This document shows positions 29,726 through 38,141 of a stretch of DNA of 64,000 nucleotides, in pieces. Location: positions 128,001 through 192,000 of the forward strand of contig JBEKVV010000003.1 in NCBI GenBank assembly GCA_049513715.1, written 5' to 3'. This DNA comes from Candidatus Bathyarchaeia archaeon. GTDB taxonomy: Archaea; Thermoproteota; Bathyarchaeia; 40CM-2-53-6. The first letter of the stretch is position 1; the number at the start of each line of letters is the position of its first letter. Made by a program: the position numbers and the translations under genes. The notes beneath the pieces are model-generated. The model had not been told where the DNA came from, searched no databases, and saw only the letters and a program-made list of their open reading frames with translations.

Positions 29726-30968
29726 ACTTCAACGCGTTTATCACATTCATTTTTGATGCTCTCCAAGCAGGATAAAGACCAGCCACAATAGCGATAACAA
29801 CTGGGAAGAACAAGCTAAACAGAATCAGTTCTGGGCTAAAGACGGGGCTAGAAGCAAATGACGTTGAACTCGCACCTCTGGCTCCACCCCCAGCCCCGAA
29901 CCCACCTCCGCCACCGCCGAAGAGGCCACCTCCTATCACGAACGATAATATGTAACCAGCCGCCGTACCGAGTAAGCCGCCGATTAATCCGATGATGATG
30001 TTTTCGGAAAGAAACATGGCAAGTATTTGGTCTCGTCTGAAACCTAGTGCTTTCAGGATTCCGATTTCTCTTGTTCGCTCCATTACTGCAACGTAAGTTG
30101 TGTTAGCAACCATTATTGCTGCAACGAATAATGACACGGCTCCTATGCTTCCGAGAAATATCGTTAATTGTCCGGTGATTGCTGATATGCTGCTTGCAAT
30201 TGAGCCCGCACTTATTACTGAAATATCGGTGCCGTACATGCCTTGAATTTCCGATTGAACGGTTGCAACGTTATCTGCTGAGTCAACGATCACGTAGATT
30301 GCGCTGAAATTTTGAATTTTCATCAATATTTGTGCGGCTTGTAGCGACACGAATATGTTGTTGTCAACGTTACTGAATAGGGCGGAGCCATATGCCGCGA
30401 GGATACCTTTCACTAGGAAACTGAGGCTTGAGCTGCTTGAGCCTATTTTCATGGAAACAACTTGATTCAACCCAACCAATCCTTGACCTGATGTTGGATA
30501 AGCGATGTTGTATCCGATTGCGGCAGAAGTAGACTCGTATGAGTCTGGGAACTGCCCCTCTTCAAGCGCTAACCCTTTGAATATTACTGGGAGCGCCCTT
30601 GAATCAATTCCAATGAGTGTTCCTGAAACTGATTGACCTCCCACGCTCACGGTGGCTGGTCTACTGTAGTATGGGTAGACCTGTGTGACATATGGAAGAT
30701 TACCTAACCGTGGAATATCTTGAATGGAAAGCGCAAAAGACGAGGAACTTCCTGAAAGGAAATTTGAGCCTCCAGCACGAACTATGAGAACGTTTGCGCC
30801 AATCTTTTCCACTTGAGCTTTTATGCCAACACTTAATCCGCTTGAACTTGCAATTAAAGCCATGATTACGGCTGAACCAATCATTATTCCAATAACGGTC
30901 ATAGCGCTTCGGGCTTTTCGGTCAAGTAGAGCTTTAACCGCTAATTTGAGTAAATCATTTACTCGCAT
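29718..30968 (-). CDS. MacB/FtsX family ABC permease
   Basis: ERTREIGILKALG, YPAWRAS, ALKYE. Confidence 0.93.
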   Translation of the reverse strand: MRVNDLLKLAVKALLDRKARSAMTVIGIMIGSAVIMALIASSSGLSVGIKAQVEKIGANVLIVRAGGSNFLSGSSSSFALSIQDIPRLGNLPYVTQVYPYYSRPATVSVGGQSVSGTLIGIDSRALPVIFKGLALEEGQFPDSYESTSAAIGYNIAYPTSGQGLVGLNQVVSMKIGSSSSSLSFLVKGILAAYGSALFSNVDNNIFVSLQAAQILMKIQNFSAIYVIVDSADNVATVQSEIQGMYGTDISVISAGSIASSISAITGQLTIFLGSIGAVSLFVAAIMVANTTYVAVMERTREIGILKALGFRRDQILAMFLSENIIIGLIGGLLGTAAGYILSFVIGGGLFGGGGGGFGAGGGARGASSTSFASSPVFSPELILFSLFFPVVIAIVAGLYPAWRASKMNVINALKYE

Positions 30969-30990
30969 GGGGTCTCACATTTCATATTTT

Positions 30991-31110
30991 CTAGCGTCTC
31001 ATTGCCTTTTCAAACAACGCTATGGGCGGCAGTTATGGTCAGGAACGTGTAGACCTTGAGTATGAGCACGTCGGGCATGATGACGGCCAAGGTGGCGTTG
31101 AGGATTACCA
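30991..31110 (-). pseudogene. fragment paralogous to the 3' end of ABC-2 permease 27695..28906
   Basis: Encodes ILNATLAVIMPDVLILKVYTFLTITAA / LFEKAMRR* with a frameshift; aligns by eye to about 27695-27812. Confidence 0.8.
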
Positions 31111-31154
31111 AGATTGATTCAGAGCTGAGCGAAGTCATTGTGTCCTCTTCCATA

Positions 31155-31224
31155 TATCGATACGATACTATCTCATCGATATTGAGTTATATTAAAATAA
31201 TCCGCTTGGTATATCGATCCGATA
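31155..31224. promoter_or_regulatory. probable PadR operators and TATA box
   Basis: TATCG-N3-CGATA at 31155-31167 and 31212-31224, imperfect copy 31169-31181, TTATATTAAA between them. Confidence 0.6.
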
Positions 31225-31234
31225 GTGATGGTCA

Positions 31235-31630
31235 ATGGCGAAGGGATTCCAGACGGGCCCTTACGAGGTAATGTTCTTTCTGGCGTTGAAGGATGGACCA
31301 GCCTACGGGTATGAACTAGCTACACGGTTTAGGAAGATGACTAGAGGTCACATTAGGTTTAGTTTTGGTACGATCTACCCTTTTCTACGTCGCATGGAGC
31401 GGAGAGGAATAATCAAATCGACTCGAAAGGAAAGGTTGGGCAGAGTATACTACGCACTAACTCCGAAAGGCCGAACAGCTCAAGAAAGGGTCTTCAAGCA
31501 AATGAAGAAGTCGCAGAAGGAATGGGAGGAGAAGTTGCTCGGCATACTAGCGATGCACGCGGAAGTGTTTGGACGAAGATCGCTTCACGACCTGTTGGAA
31601 CGTGGAAAGCTCTTGGCAAAGCCGTCATGA
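31235..31630 (+). CDS. PadR family transcriptional regulator
   Basis: YGYEL, GTIYPFLRRME, YYALTPKG. Confidence 0.92.
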   Translation: MAKGFQTGPYEVMFFLALKDGPAYGYELATRFRKMTRGHIRFSFGTIYPFLRRMERRGIIKSTRKERLGRVYYALTPKGRTAQERVFKQMKKSQKEWEEKLLGILAMHAEVFGRRSLHDLLERGKLLAKPS

Positions 31631-31649
31631 TAGGGGGTCTGGTGAAAGC

Positions 31650-31832
31650 ATGAAACGGCGCGCCTTCTCAATAGTTGGAGCAATAATCGCTCTGTTTGGT
31701 TTGGTATGGTTCCTACAAGGAGTCGGTGTTCTTCCTGGCAGTGTCATGAGCGGTTCACAATTCTGGGAAGTAGCCGGTGCAGTAACTTTCATCGTAGGAC
31801 TCGTAATCATCACTTATTGTTTGAGGCCTTGA
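31650..31832 (+). CDS. small two-TM membrane protein
   Basis: GLVWFLQGVGVLPGSVMSGSQFW; GGTGA upstream of ATG 31650. Confidence 0.8.
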   Translation: MKRRAFSIVGAIIALFGLVWFLQGVGVLPGSVMSGSQFWEVAGAVTFIVGLVIITYCLRP

Positions 31833-32071
31833 TTGAATCCTGCATAATGTGCGTGCGAATCGCTTCGGCATCCGAGATAGGTCTACACCATACGTCGGTG
31901 GTACAGGTTTGACTACTACCGACCATAACATTCAGTGTAAGACATGCATTAAGTGAAGCGTGAGTGTAGTTGCCCGACGAGAAGAACCCGTTCAACCATC
32001 AGGATCCTGTGTTCGCGGAGTCAAGCACCACTTCATGATCCTGTGGTTTGCGAAGGCCGTTGAAAAGGTCT

Positions 32072-32114
32072 TTAGTCCCACAAATCGTGGGTTCCTATCC
32101 CACCGGCCCCACCA
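32072..32114 (+). repeat. third, degenerate copy of the att repeat
   Basis: 32087-32114 matches the 28-bp att at 26/28 positions; preceded by TTAGTCCCAC as at 53329. Confidence 0.8.
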
Positions 32115-32225
32115 CATGTGGCGATACGGCCGGGGCTCATGGCAGCTTCGGAACTTGAGATCTATTTCTACCCTTCCTCTTCCTTCCTCTTGCAGGGCGT
32201 CCTCGAACTCTATGATAACGAGTAG

Positions 32226-33032
32226 TTACACGGCGACCCTTGGATACAATCGTGCTGCGACGGCCACATTTACCGCTACTGCAATCAACAGGAACGCGAA
32301 GTCGAATGCCAGCCCATAGACGTTGGGGCCGTCGATGATCATTAGTGCTCTTAATGCGTCCACTTCATATGTCAGAGGGTTGATTTGCGATATCGATTGT
32401 AGCCATCCAGGCATTATCGATATCGGATAGATTGCGTTGCTCGCGAAGAAGAGCGGCATCGTAAGTATTTGACCGATACCCATGAACCGTTCCCTCGTCT
32501 TCACCAGACATGCAATAATCAACGAGAATGTCGAGAAAAGGGCCGAACCAAGAATGACGACCACCAAAACCCCGATGAGCGAGAGAATGTCCCAATTCAG
32601 ATGCACGCCCAACGCGAGAGCCAACAAGTAAACAATGACGGCTTGAGCCAACCCTCGCTCACCTGCTGACAACGCCTTGCCTAACACGAGAGCTGAACGA
32701 GGCGCTGGGCTAGCCAAGAACTTGTGAATGATCCCTAAGTCACGCTCCCAAATCACCGCGATGCCGTAGAATATCGCGATGAAGAGAACGCTTTGAGCAA
32801 GTATCCCTGGTGCCATGAAATCTATGTAGGGCAATTTTCCAGTAGGTATTGCTCTTACGGTAGTCATTACTTCACCAAATATCAGAAGCCACAGCGCCGG
32901 TTGAACTGCGCGGGTAATCAGCTCAGTGAAATCGTGATGAAGTTTGCGCGCCTCAAGTTCAGCGATTGTAAGCGTGTCCCCGACAAAGTTGTTTAGAATT
33001 GTAAGATAGCTGCCAAACCTCATGTATTGCAA
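32226..33032 (-). CDS. ABC-2 exporter permease (DrrB-like)
   Basis: FMAPGILAQSVLF, WERDLG, NPLTYEVDALR. Confidence 0.93.
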   Translation of the reverse strand: MQYMRFGSYLTILNNFVGDTLTIAELEARKLHHDFTELITRAVQPALWLLIFGEVMTTVRAIPTGKLPYIDFMAPGILAQSVLFIAIFYGIAVIWERDLGIIHKFLASPAPRSALVLGKALSAGERGLAQAVIVYLLALALGVHLNWDILSLIGVLVVVILGSALFSTFSLIIACLVKTRERFMGIGQILTMPLFFASNAIYPISIMPGWLQSISQINPLTYEVDALRALMIIDGPNVYGLAFDFAFLLIAVAVNVAVAARLYPRVAV

Positions 33033-33033
33033 T

Positions 33034-33876
33034 TCAACCGACCCTCCTTACAACGCGCCTCGTCCTCGAAACCTCTCGATAACCTCCTCCAGACTCGACC
33101 TCGTAGCCCGAATAGTATGCGAACACGTCATCAAGCGTCGCGCCGTTTCCAACCGATTCCTTAAGTTGAGCCGGCGTTCCGACCGCGGCCATCTTACCCA
33201 AGTGCATAATCCCTACCCGGCTACAAAATTGATCAGCCTCATCCATGTAATGGGTGGTTAGGAATATGGTAGTTCCATAGTCAGATCGAAGCCGTTGAAC
33301 GTGCTCCCAAACCGCCTTCCTAGCTACCGGATCCAATCCAATGGTCGGTTCATCTAGGAAGAGAATACGGGGCCTATGCAACATAGCCTGCGCAATTTCG
33401 AGCCGCCGAATCATGCCTCCAGAATAATTACGAACCAGCTTATCGGACACTGCGGACAAACCCATAAAATCCAAAGCATCGCGAATGCGGCTGTCACGCT
33501 CCCTTCTAGAAATATGATACAGTTTAGCAAAGATCAGCAGGTTCTCATAGCCCGTCAGCCCCCCGTCGGCTGAAAGTAGCTGTGGCACGTACCCGATCAC
33601 TCGTCTGACTTGCGATGCCTGATGAATTATGTCGAAACCAGCCACGAAGGCGTCTCCAGAAGTTGGCGGCAGCAAGGTCGTTAACATCTTGATTACCGTC
33701 GTCTTTCCGGCTCCGTTGGGCCCTACCAAGCCGAACACCTCGCCAGTCTCTACGGAAATGGTTAGTTGATCCACAGCGGTTAAGGCACTAAACCGCCTGG
33801 TTAGCAACTTTGTTTCGAGAACGAATCCTGCCTGACCTTCTTGTCGGCTGATAGATTCGACTTTAAGAGATGGCAC
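33034..33876 (-). CDS. ABC exporter ATP-binding protein (DrrA-like)
   Basis: GPNGAGKT, YSGGM, LDEP, TTHYMDEA. Confidence 0.95.
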   Translation of the reverse strand: MPSLKVESISRQEGQAGFVLETKLLTRRFSALTAVDQLTISVETGEVFGLVGPNGAGKTTVIKMLTTLLPPTSGDAFVAGFDIIHQASQVRRVIGYVPQLLSADGGLTGYENLLIFAKLYHISRRERDSRIRDALDFMGLSAVSDKLVRNYSGGMIRRLEIAQAMLHRPRILFLDEPTIGLDPVARKAVWEHVQRLRSDYGTTIFLTTHYMDEADQFCSRVGIMHLGKMAAVGTPAQLKESVGNGATLDDVFAYYSGYEVESGGGYREVSRTRRVVRRVG

Positions 33877-34334
33877 TAGTCAACCGCCTTCCTGAAAATC
33901 CGTTTCAGCACTTGCATAGCTTCAATCACGGTCGCACGTTCAGTTGCTGAAAGCTGTCCAATTTTCTCCTCTAGGTAACTCGCAGCGGCCTCATGCGCCA
34001 CCCGGAGCGTTGCGCGTCCGCGTTCCGTTAATGTAAGCGTCATACGCCGGCGGTCTTCTGGATGAGTTTGGCGAATCACTAAACCCTTCATCACAATACT
34101 GTCTACTAGTGCGGACATCGAGGGCAACGTGAGACCGATATGTTCAGCGACGTCAGATAATGACGTTCCCTCATGTCGGTTCAAGTAGGCGAGAGTGCGA
34201 AACTGAGGAACAGACACTTCTTTAGCGCCATGCTTTCGCAGCTGGGCTCGAATTGCACGCATTGCCAACGGCACAACGTCCAGAACCTCGCGGCCACACG
34301 CGCCAATTGACGTTTGAATCGTATTGGCACCCAT
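33876..34334 (-). CDS. MarR family transcriptional regulator
   Basis: VPQFRTL, DRRRMTLTLTERG; TTAG-N5-CTAA palindrome upstream at 34356-34368. Confidence 0.93.
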   Translation of the reverse strand: MGANTIQTSIGACGREVLDVVPLAMRAIRAQLRKHGAKEVSVPQFRTLAYLNRHEGTSLSDVAEHIGLTLPSMSALVDSIVMKGLVIRQTHPEDRRRMTLTLTERGRATLRVAHEAAASYLEEKIGQLSATERATVIEAMQVLKRIFRKAVD

Positions 34335-34463
34335 GATATTTCGCTTTTCGAATGATTAGGGAAGCTAAGTATTTAATGCTCATCCCTAGGTACGCATTGC
34401 AGTAATTTGGGCCGCGCGTTAATTCCAGTCGTTGACGAGGGAATCCACACAGGACAGGAGGTA

Positions 34464-34612
34464 ATGAGTAACGAACCTGGTGCAGTTCAACTTTTCAGGT
34501 GCCCATCTTGCATGAAAACTTGCTACTACCTATGCGATTATTGCAGGCGATGCCCAGATGTTGCGATTGCAGCGCCAATACGGACCCTGCCCTAACTCAA
34601 GGAGGAGACTGA
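34464..34612 (+). pseudogene. small Cys-rich peptide, apparently frameshifted
   Basis: GGAGGT then ATG; CPSCMKTCYYLCDYCRRCP continues as CCDC in the shifted frame. Confidence 0.4.
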
Positions 34613-34724
34613 AGCAATGCAACTCATCTACAAAGACGAACTCGGCGTTTTGTCTTGCGACAATCGAGTTTCTGTCAGTGTATACTTTCCTAGTTCATTA
34701 GATTAGATTTTGTGAGGAATAGAT

Positions 34725-35192
34725 TTGGAACCCCATGTCGAACCTGAATTCAAGCGTCTACTAGTGGCTGTTGACGGTTCAGATAACGCGGCTCGAGCAG
34801 CAAAGGTTGCTGTGACTTTGGCTGAGAAGTTCGGAGCGGAGTTGATCGTTTGTCATGTTATTCCAACACCAAGCTACCCGCTCGCGCAAGCTGGCATGGT
34901 CGGCCCCGCAACGATACTAGGTGATTACTTCGCCGCTGCTCGCAAAGATGCAAAGAAGGTGGTTGACGAAGCTGTGAGGCTTGCAGAAATGGGGGGTGTG
35001 AAAGCGATCGGTGTAATACGCGACAACGTGTTCTCGGTCGTGGAAGCTATAGTGAACCTTGCAGAGGACAGGAATGTCGATCTAATCGTAATCGGGACTC
35101 GAGGCCTGACCGGTTTTAGAAGACTATTGATCGGAAGCGTCTCGTCAGGAGTAGTCGGCCACGCCCACTGTTCAGTATTCCTAGTTAGGTGA
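34725..35192 (+). CDS. universal stress protein
   Basis: LVAVDGS, IVIGTRG, IGSVS, AHCSV. Confidence 0.95.
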   Translation: MEPHVEPEFKRLLVAVDGSDNAARAAKVAVTLAEKFGAELIVCHVIPTPSYPLAQAGMVGPATILGDYFAAARKDAKKVVDEAVRLAEMGGVKAIGVIRDNVFSVVEAIVNLAEDRNVDLIVIGTRGLTGFRRLLIGSVSSGVVGHAHCSVFLVR

Positions 35193-35207
35193 GGAGGAGC
35201 AGTAATC

Positions 35208-35387
35208 TTGGCTAGCATAGGAAACACTATCGGAGTCGAATCAATATCCCCGGTGCTTGGCTATGCGATTGAGACGCATGGTCTAACAAAGCGATTCAAT
35301 AGTTTCACTGCGGTAGACCATGTGAACCTCAACCTGCCCAGCCACTTCAAGATAACCGAAAGTAGAAATGTCACCTATACTGCGTAA
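35208..35387 (+). pseudogene. truncated ABC ATPase N-terminus
   Basis: GAGGAGG then TTG; AIETHGLTKRFNSFTAVDHVNL closely matches the start of 28910..29725 and stops before Walker A. Confidence 0.75.
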
Positions 35388-35413
35388 CAATGCTCTTCTG
35401 CTGGCGTACCTCA

Positions 35414-36853
35414 ATGGATTACAAGTGGAAGGCTTTCTCGGTAACGTCCGTCGGTTCCTTGATGTCGGCGGTTGACAGCACAATCGTTCTTCTGGCGCTG
35501 CTTCCCATTGCTGAAGAGATCCGCTCGGATTATGTAACGATGGTCTGGGTCGTGATTGCGTACATTCTGGCCAACACGGCTCTAGTTCTAAGTCTCGGCC
35601 GTTTGGCGGACATGTATGGAAGAAAACGAATGTACAATGTTGGTTTCGTGGTTTTCATAGTGGGGTCAGCGCTCTGCGGTTTCGCAGCCAGTGGGCTGAC
35701 ACTGGTAGGGTTTAGGGCGGTGCAGGGCGTAGGCGCCGCACTACTTGCGGCAAACTCCTTCGCTATTCTGTCCGAAGCCTTCCCTAGGGATGAGAGGGGA
35801 AGAGCGTTCGGAGCGAGCTCTATTGTGTGGGGTTCAGGGACGATTCTGGGAATAGTTCTCGGTGGTCTAATTATCACCTACACAAGCTGGCGTATCATTT
35901 TCCTGATCAATGTCCCAATAGGAGCGTTCGGGACGCTTTGGGCGTACCGAACGTTGAGGGAAGCCAAAAATGGTGCAGGGAAGCAGTCTTTCGACCTCCC
36001 AGCAACCACGGCATTCACGGTAGGGCTGCTTGCTCTGCTGCTTGGGGTTAGTTGGGGGCTTGTCTACTCGTGGGCGGACCCAATAACGATCGTTTCGATC
36101 ACCGCTTCGCCGTTCTTCTTCTCATTCTTTGTTTACTGGGAGATAAGACACAGCAGGGATCCGGTGATAGATTTCTCACTCTTCAAGAACAGAGTTTTCG
36201 CACTGTCCATTGTCACGGCCATGCTTCAGTCTCTGGCGTTGTTCAGCGTCAACTTTCTGTTGATCTTCTACCTTGAAGGCATAGCTGGGCTTTCCGTACT
36301 CACCGCATCTTACCTGATAATTCCGATGGCCATTGTATCCTCCGTTGTGGGGCCTTTCGCTGGTTTACTTTCCGACAGGTTTGGTGCGAGGGTCATAGCT
36401 TCGATGGGGTTGGTTATCCAGATGGCGGTCTTATTCCTGTTGAGTCGACTAACGGCTACCACCACATTGTTGCAGGTTGGGATGATTGAAGGGTTCTACG
36501 GCCTAGGTGGCGGTTTATTCTGGCCTGCAAATACGAGTGCGATAATGGCTTCCTCGCCTCCGGCAAGGTACGGGGTGACTTCCGGTATTATGAACACTTT
36601 CAGGAACACGGGCATGGTGATGAGCTTCGTGCTATCGCTCACAGCTGTCACAGGCGTCATTCCAGCGTACATAGTCTACCAGCTCTTCATAGGGAACTTC
36701 TCTGGAACATTGGCGCCGAACTTCGCAGCCGCATACCTTTCAGGCCAAAGCTTCGCGTTCGAACTGTCCGCAATACTGTTGATATTGGCGACAGTCTTCT
36801 CATTAGTTAGGGGCAAGGAGACGAGGCAAGTTGCATCAGCCACTGAGGTCTAA
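35414..36853 (+). CDS. DHA2 (EmrB/QacA) family MFS transporter
   Basis: DSTIV, GRLADMYGRK, WRIIFLINVPIG. Confidence 0.93.
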   Translation: MDYKWKAFSVTSVGSLMSAVDSTIVLLALLPIAEEIRSDYVTMVWVVIAYILANTALVLSLGRLADMYGRKRMYNVGFVVFIVGSALCGFAASGLTLVGFRAVQGVGAALLAANSFAILSEAFPRDERGRAFGASSIVWGSGTILGIVLGGLIITYTSWRIIFLINVPIGAFGTLWAYRTLREAKNGAGKQSFDLPATTAFTVGLLALLLGVSWGLVYSWADPITIVSITASPFFFSFFVYWEIRHSRDPVIDFSLFKNRVFALSIVTAMLQSLALFSVNFLLIFYLEGIAGLSVLTASYLIIPMAIVSSVVGPFAGLLSDRFGARVIASMGLVIQMAVLFLLSRLTATTTLLQVGMIEGFYGLGGGLFWPANTSAIMASSPPARYGVTSGIMNTFRNTGMVMSFVLSLTAVTGVIPAYIVYQLFIGNFSGTLAPNFAAAYLSGQSFAFELSAILLILATVFSLVRGKETRQVASATEV

Positions 36854-36856
36854 GTC

Positions 36857-37558
36857 ATGGAGCTTGGGCGAAACATCCACCTGATACCTGAGATAAGGGG
36901 AGCAAACACCTACGCGGTCTTAGGAGAGACTCAAGCCGGAGGTGAAGGTCATTTGACATTGATTGATACGGGTATGCCAGGGAACGCCCCCAGGATAATT
37001 GAGTTTCTCAAGTCGCTTGGCAAGGAGCAGATAGGCAGTTTAACCATTATTCTCACCCACCCAGACATAGACCATTCTGGAAGCGTTGCAGAACTCAAAG
37101 AGAAGCTAGGAAACGTGAAGGTAGCAATTCACGAAGCCGATGCTCCACGCCTCACCGGAGAAAAACCCCTCAAAGAAGTACGAGGGCTCGTCGGCCTGCT
37201 GTTCAAGGCAATGTCTCCGTTCATGAAGTTCAAGCCTGTGAAGCCAGATGTTCTACTCAAAGATGGAGAACAGGTAGACGGGCTAAGCGTGATCCATACT
37301 CCCGGCCACACGCAAGGTAGCATATGCCTGTACGGTGAAAGATTGAAGGCCATGTTCGCAGGCGACGCTCTTAGAACCGACAAAAACAGAAGGCCCAAGC
37401 TTCCTTCAGCGACCATGACGCTCAACATTGCCGAGGCGAAGAATTCCATAAGAAAGATTGCGTCCTATGAATTCGAACTCTTGCTTCCAGGCCACGGCCC
37501 GCCCATTCTTACGGACGCCTCCAAGAAGGTTAAGGAATTAGTCGCAAGCCTAGGTTAG
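36857..37558 (+). CDS. MBL-fold metallo-hydrolase
   Basis: THPDIDHSG, TPGHT, GD, PGHG. Confidence 0.92.
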   Translation: MELGRNIHLIPEIRGANTYAVLGETQAGGEGHLTLIDTGMPGNAPRIIEFLKSLGKEQIGSLTIILTHPDIDHSGSVAELKEKLGNVKVAIHEADAPRLTGEKPLKEVRGLVGLLFKAMSPFMKFKPVKPDVLLKDGEQVDGLSVIHTPGHTQGSICLYGERLKAMFAGDALRTDKNRRPKLPSATMTLNIAEAKNSIRKIASYEFELLLPGHGPPILTDASKKVKELVASLG

Positions 37559-37596
37559 GAATATCCGGCAAACAACATGCTGGCTTAGGAACGGCA

Positions 37597-37893
37597 CTAT
37601 TGGTTTTGCTTGCGAGTTCCCTTTGGCACGTAATCGAAGAATCTTTCGACTGTGTTGCCCGAAGTCCATTCTGTGCGGATCCTGGTTCTTTTCTCCACTC
37701 TGCGCATCTCTGACAATAGCATGCGATTGAGGGCTCGCGCGCTTTCTCCTTCGAGGTCTGCTTCAACTTCGAATCCGTTCTCGATCGATTTGATTGCTCC
37801 CTTACCACTAATGAGCCTCTCAAGGATTGGCCGGATGCCGGATGGATTATCACTGCTTATACGTGCCGATAGCCTGAACTTCTTATGAGTCAT
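37597..37893 (-). CDS. hypothetical protein
   Basis: 98-aa ATG-started ORF, protein-like composition. Confidence 0.7.
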   Translation of the reverse strand: MTHKKFRLSARISSDNPSGIRPILERLISGKGAIKSIENGFEVEADLEGESARALNRMLLSEMRRVEKRTRIRTEWTSGNTVERFFDYVPKGTRKQNQ

Positions 37894-38033
37894 TATGGTT
37901 CTTTCCGTTTCGCACTTTTCGAATACACGGCTAGGCAGTCGTTCCTCTCTCGTACAGCTGGAAGTTTGAACTCATTAATGGTTCGCAGCGTCTCTGGGCG
38001 ATAAGAATAGGATTGTCAGCGAACCTGTGAGGG

Positions 38034-38082
38034 GATCCCGTGGCGTGGGCCTTCGTGGGTTCAAATCCCACCGGCCCCACCA
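38034..38082 (+). pseudogene. orphan 3' half of a class II (Leu-like) tRNA, contains attL
   Basis: GA TCCCG, variable arm TGGCGTGGGCCTTC, T arm GTGGG-TTCAAAT-CCCAC, CGGCCCC-A-CCA; no matching 5' half seen nearby. Confidence 0.65.
38055..38082 (+). repeat. attL, 28-bp direct repeat
   Basis: GTGGGTTCAAATCCCACCGGCCCCACCA, identical to 53344-53371. Confidence 0.92.
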
Positions 38083-38141
38083 CTTATGGGACTATGACAA
38101 ACCATATTTAACCACGCCCTGCCCTTTCCATTCGAAAGCCC

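Noticed and set aside
31894..31923. 10-bp hairpin GTCGGTGGTA/TACTACCGAC
   Set aside because: Single isolated stem with no T tract or repeat; function unsupported
37960..38082. Complete intron-containing tRNA
   Set aside because: CTCA/TGAG could mimic a bulge-helix-bulge, but no 5' acceptor strand, D arm or matching anticodon stem is present upstream
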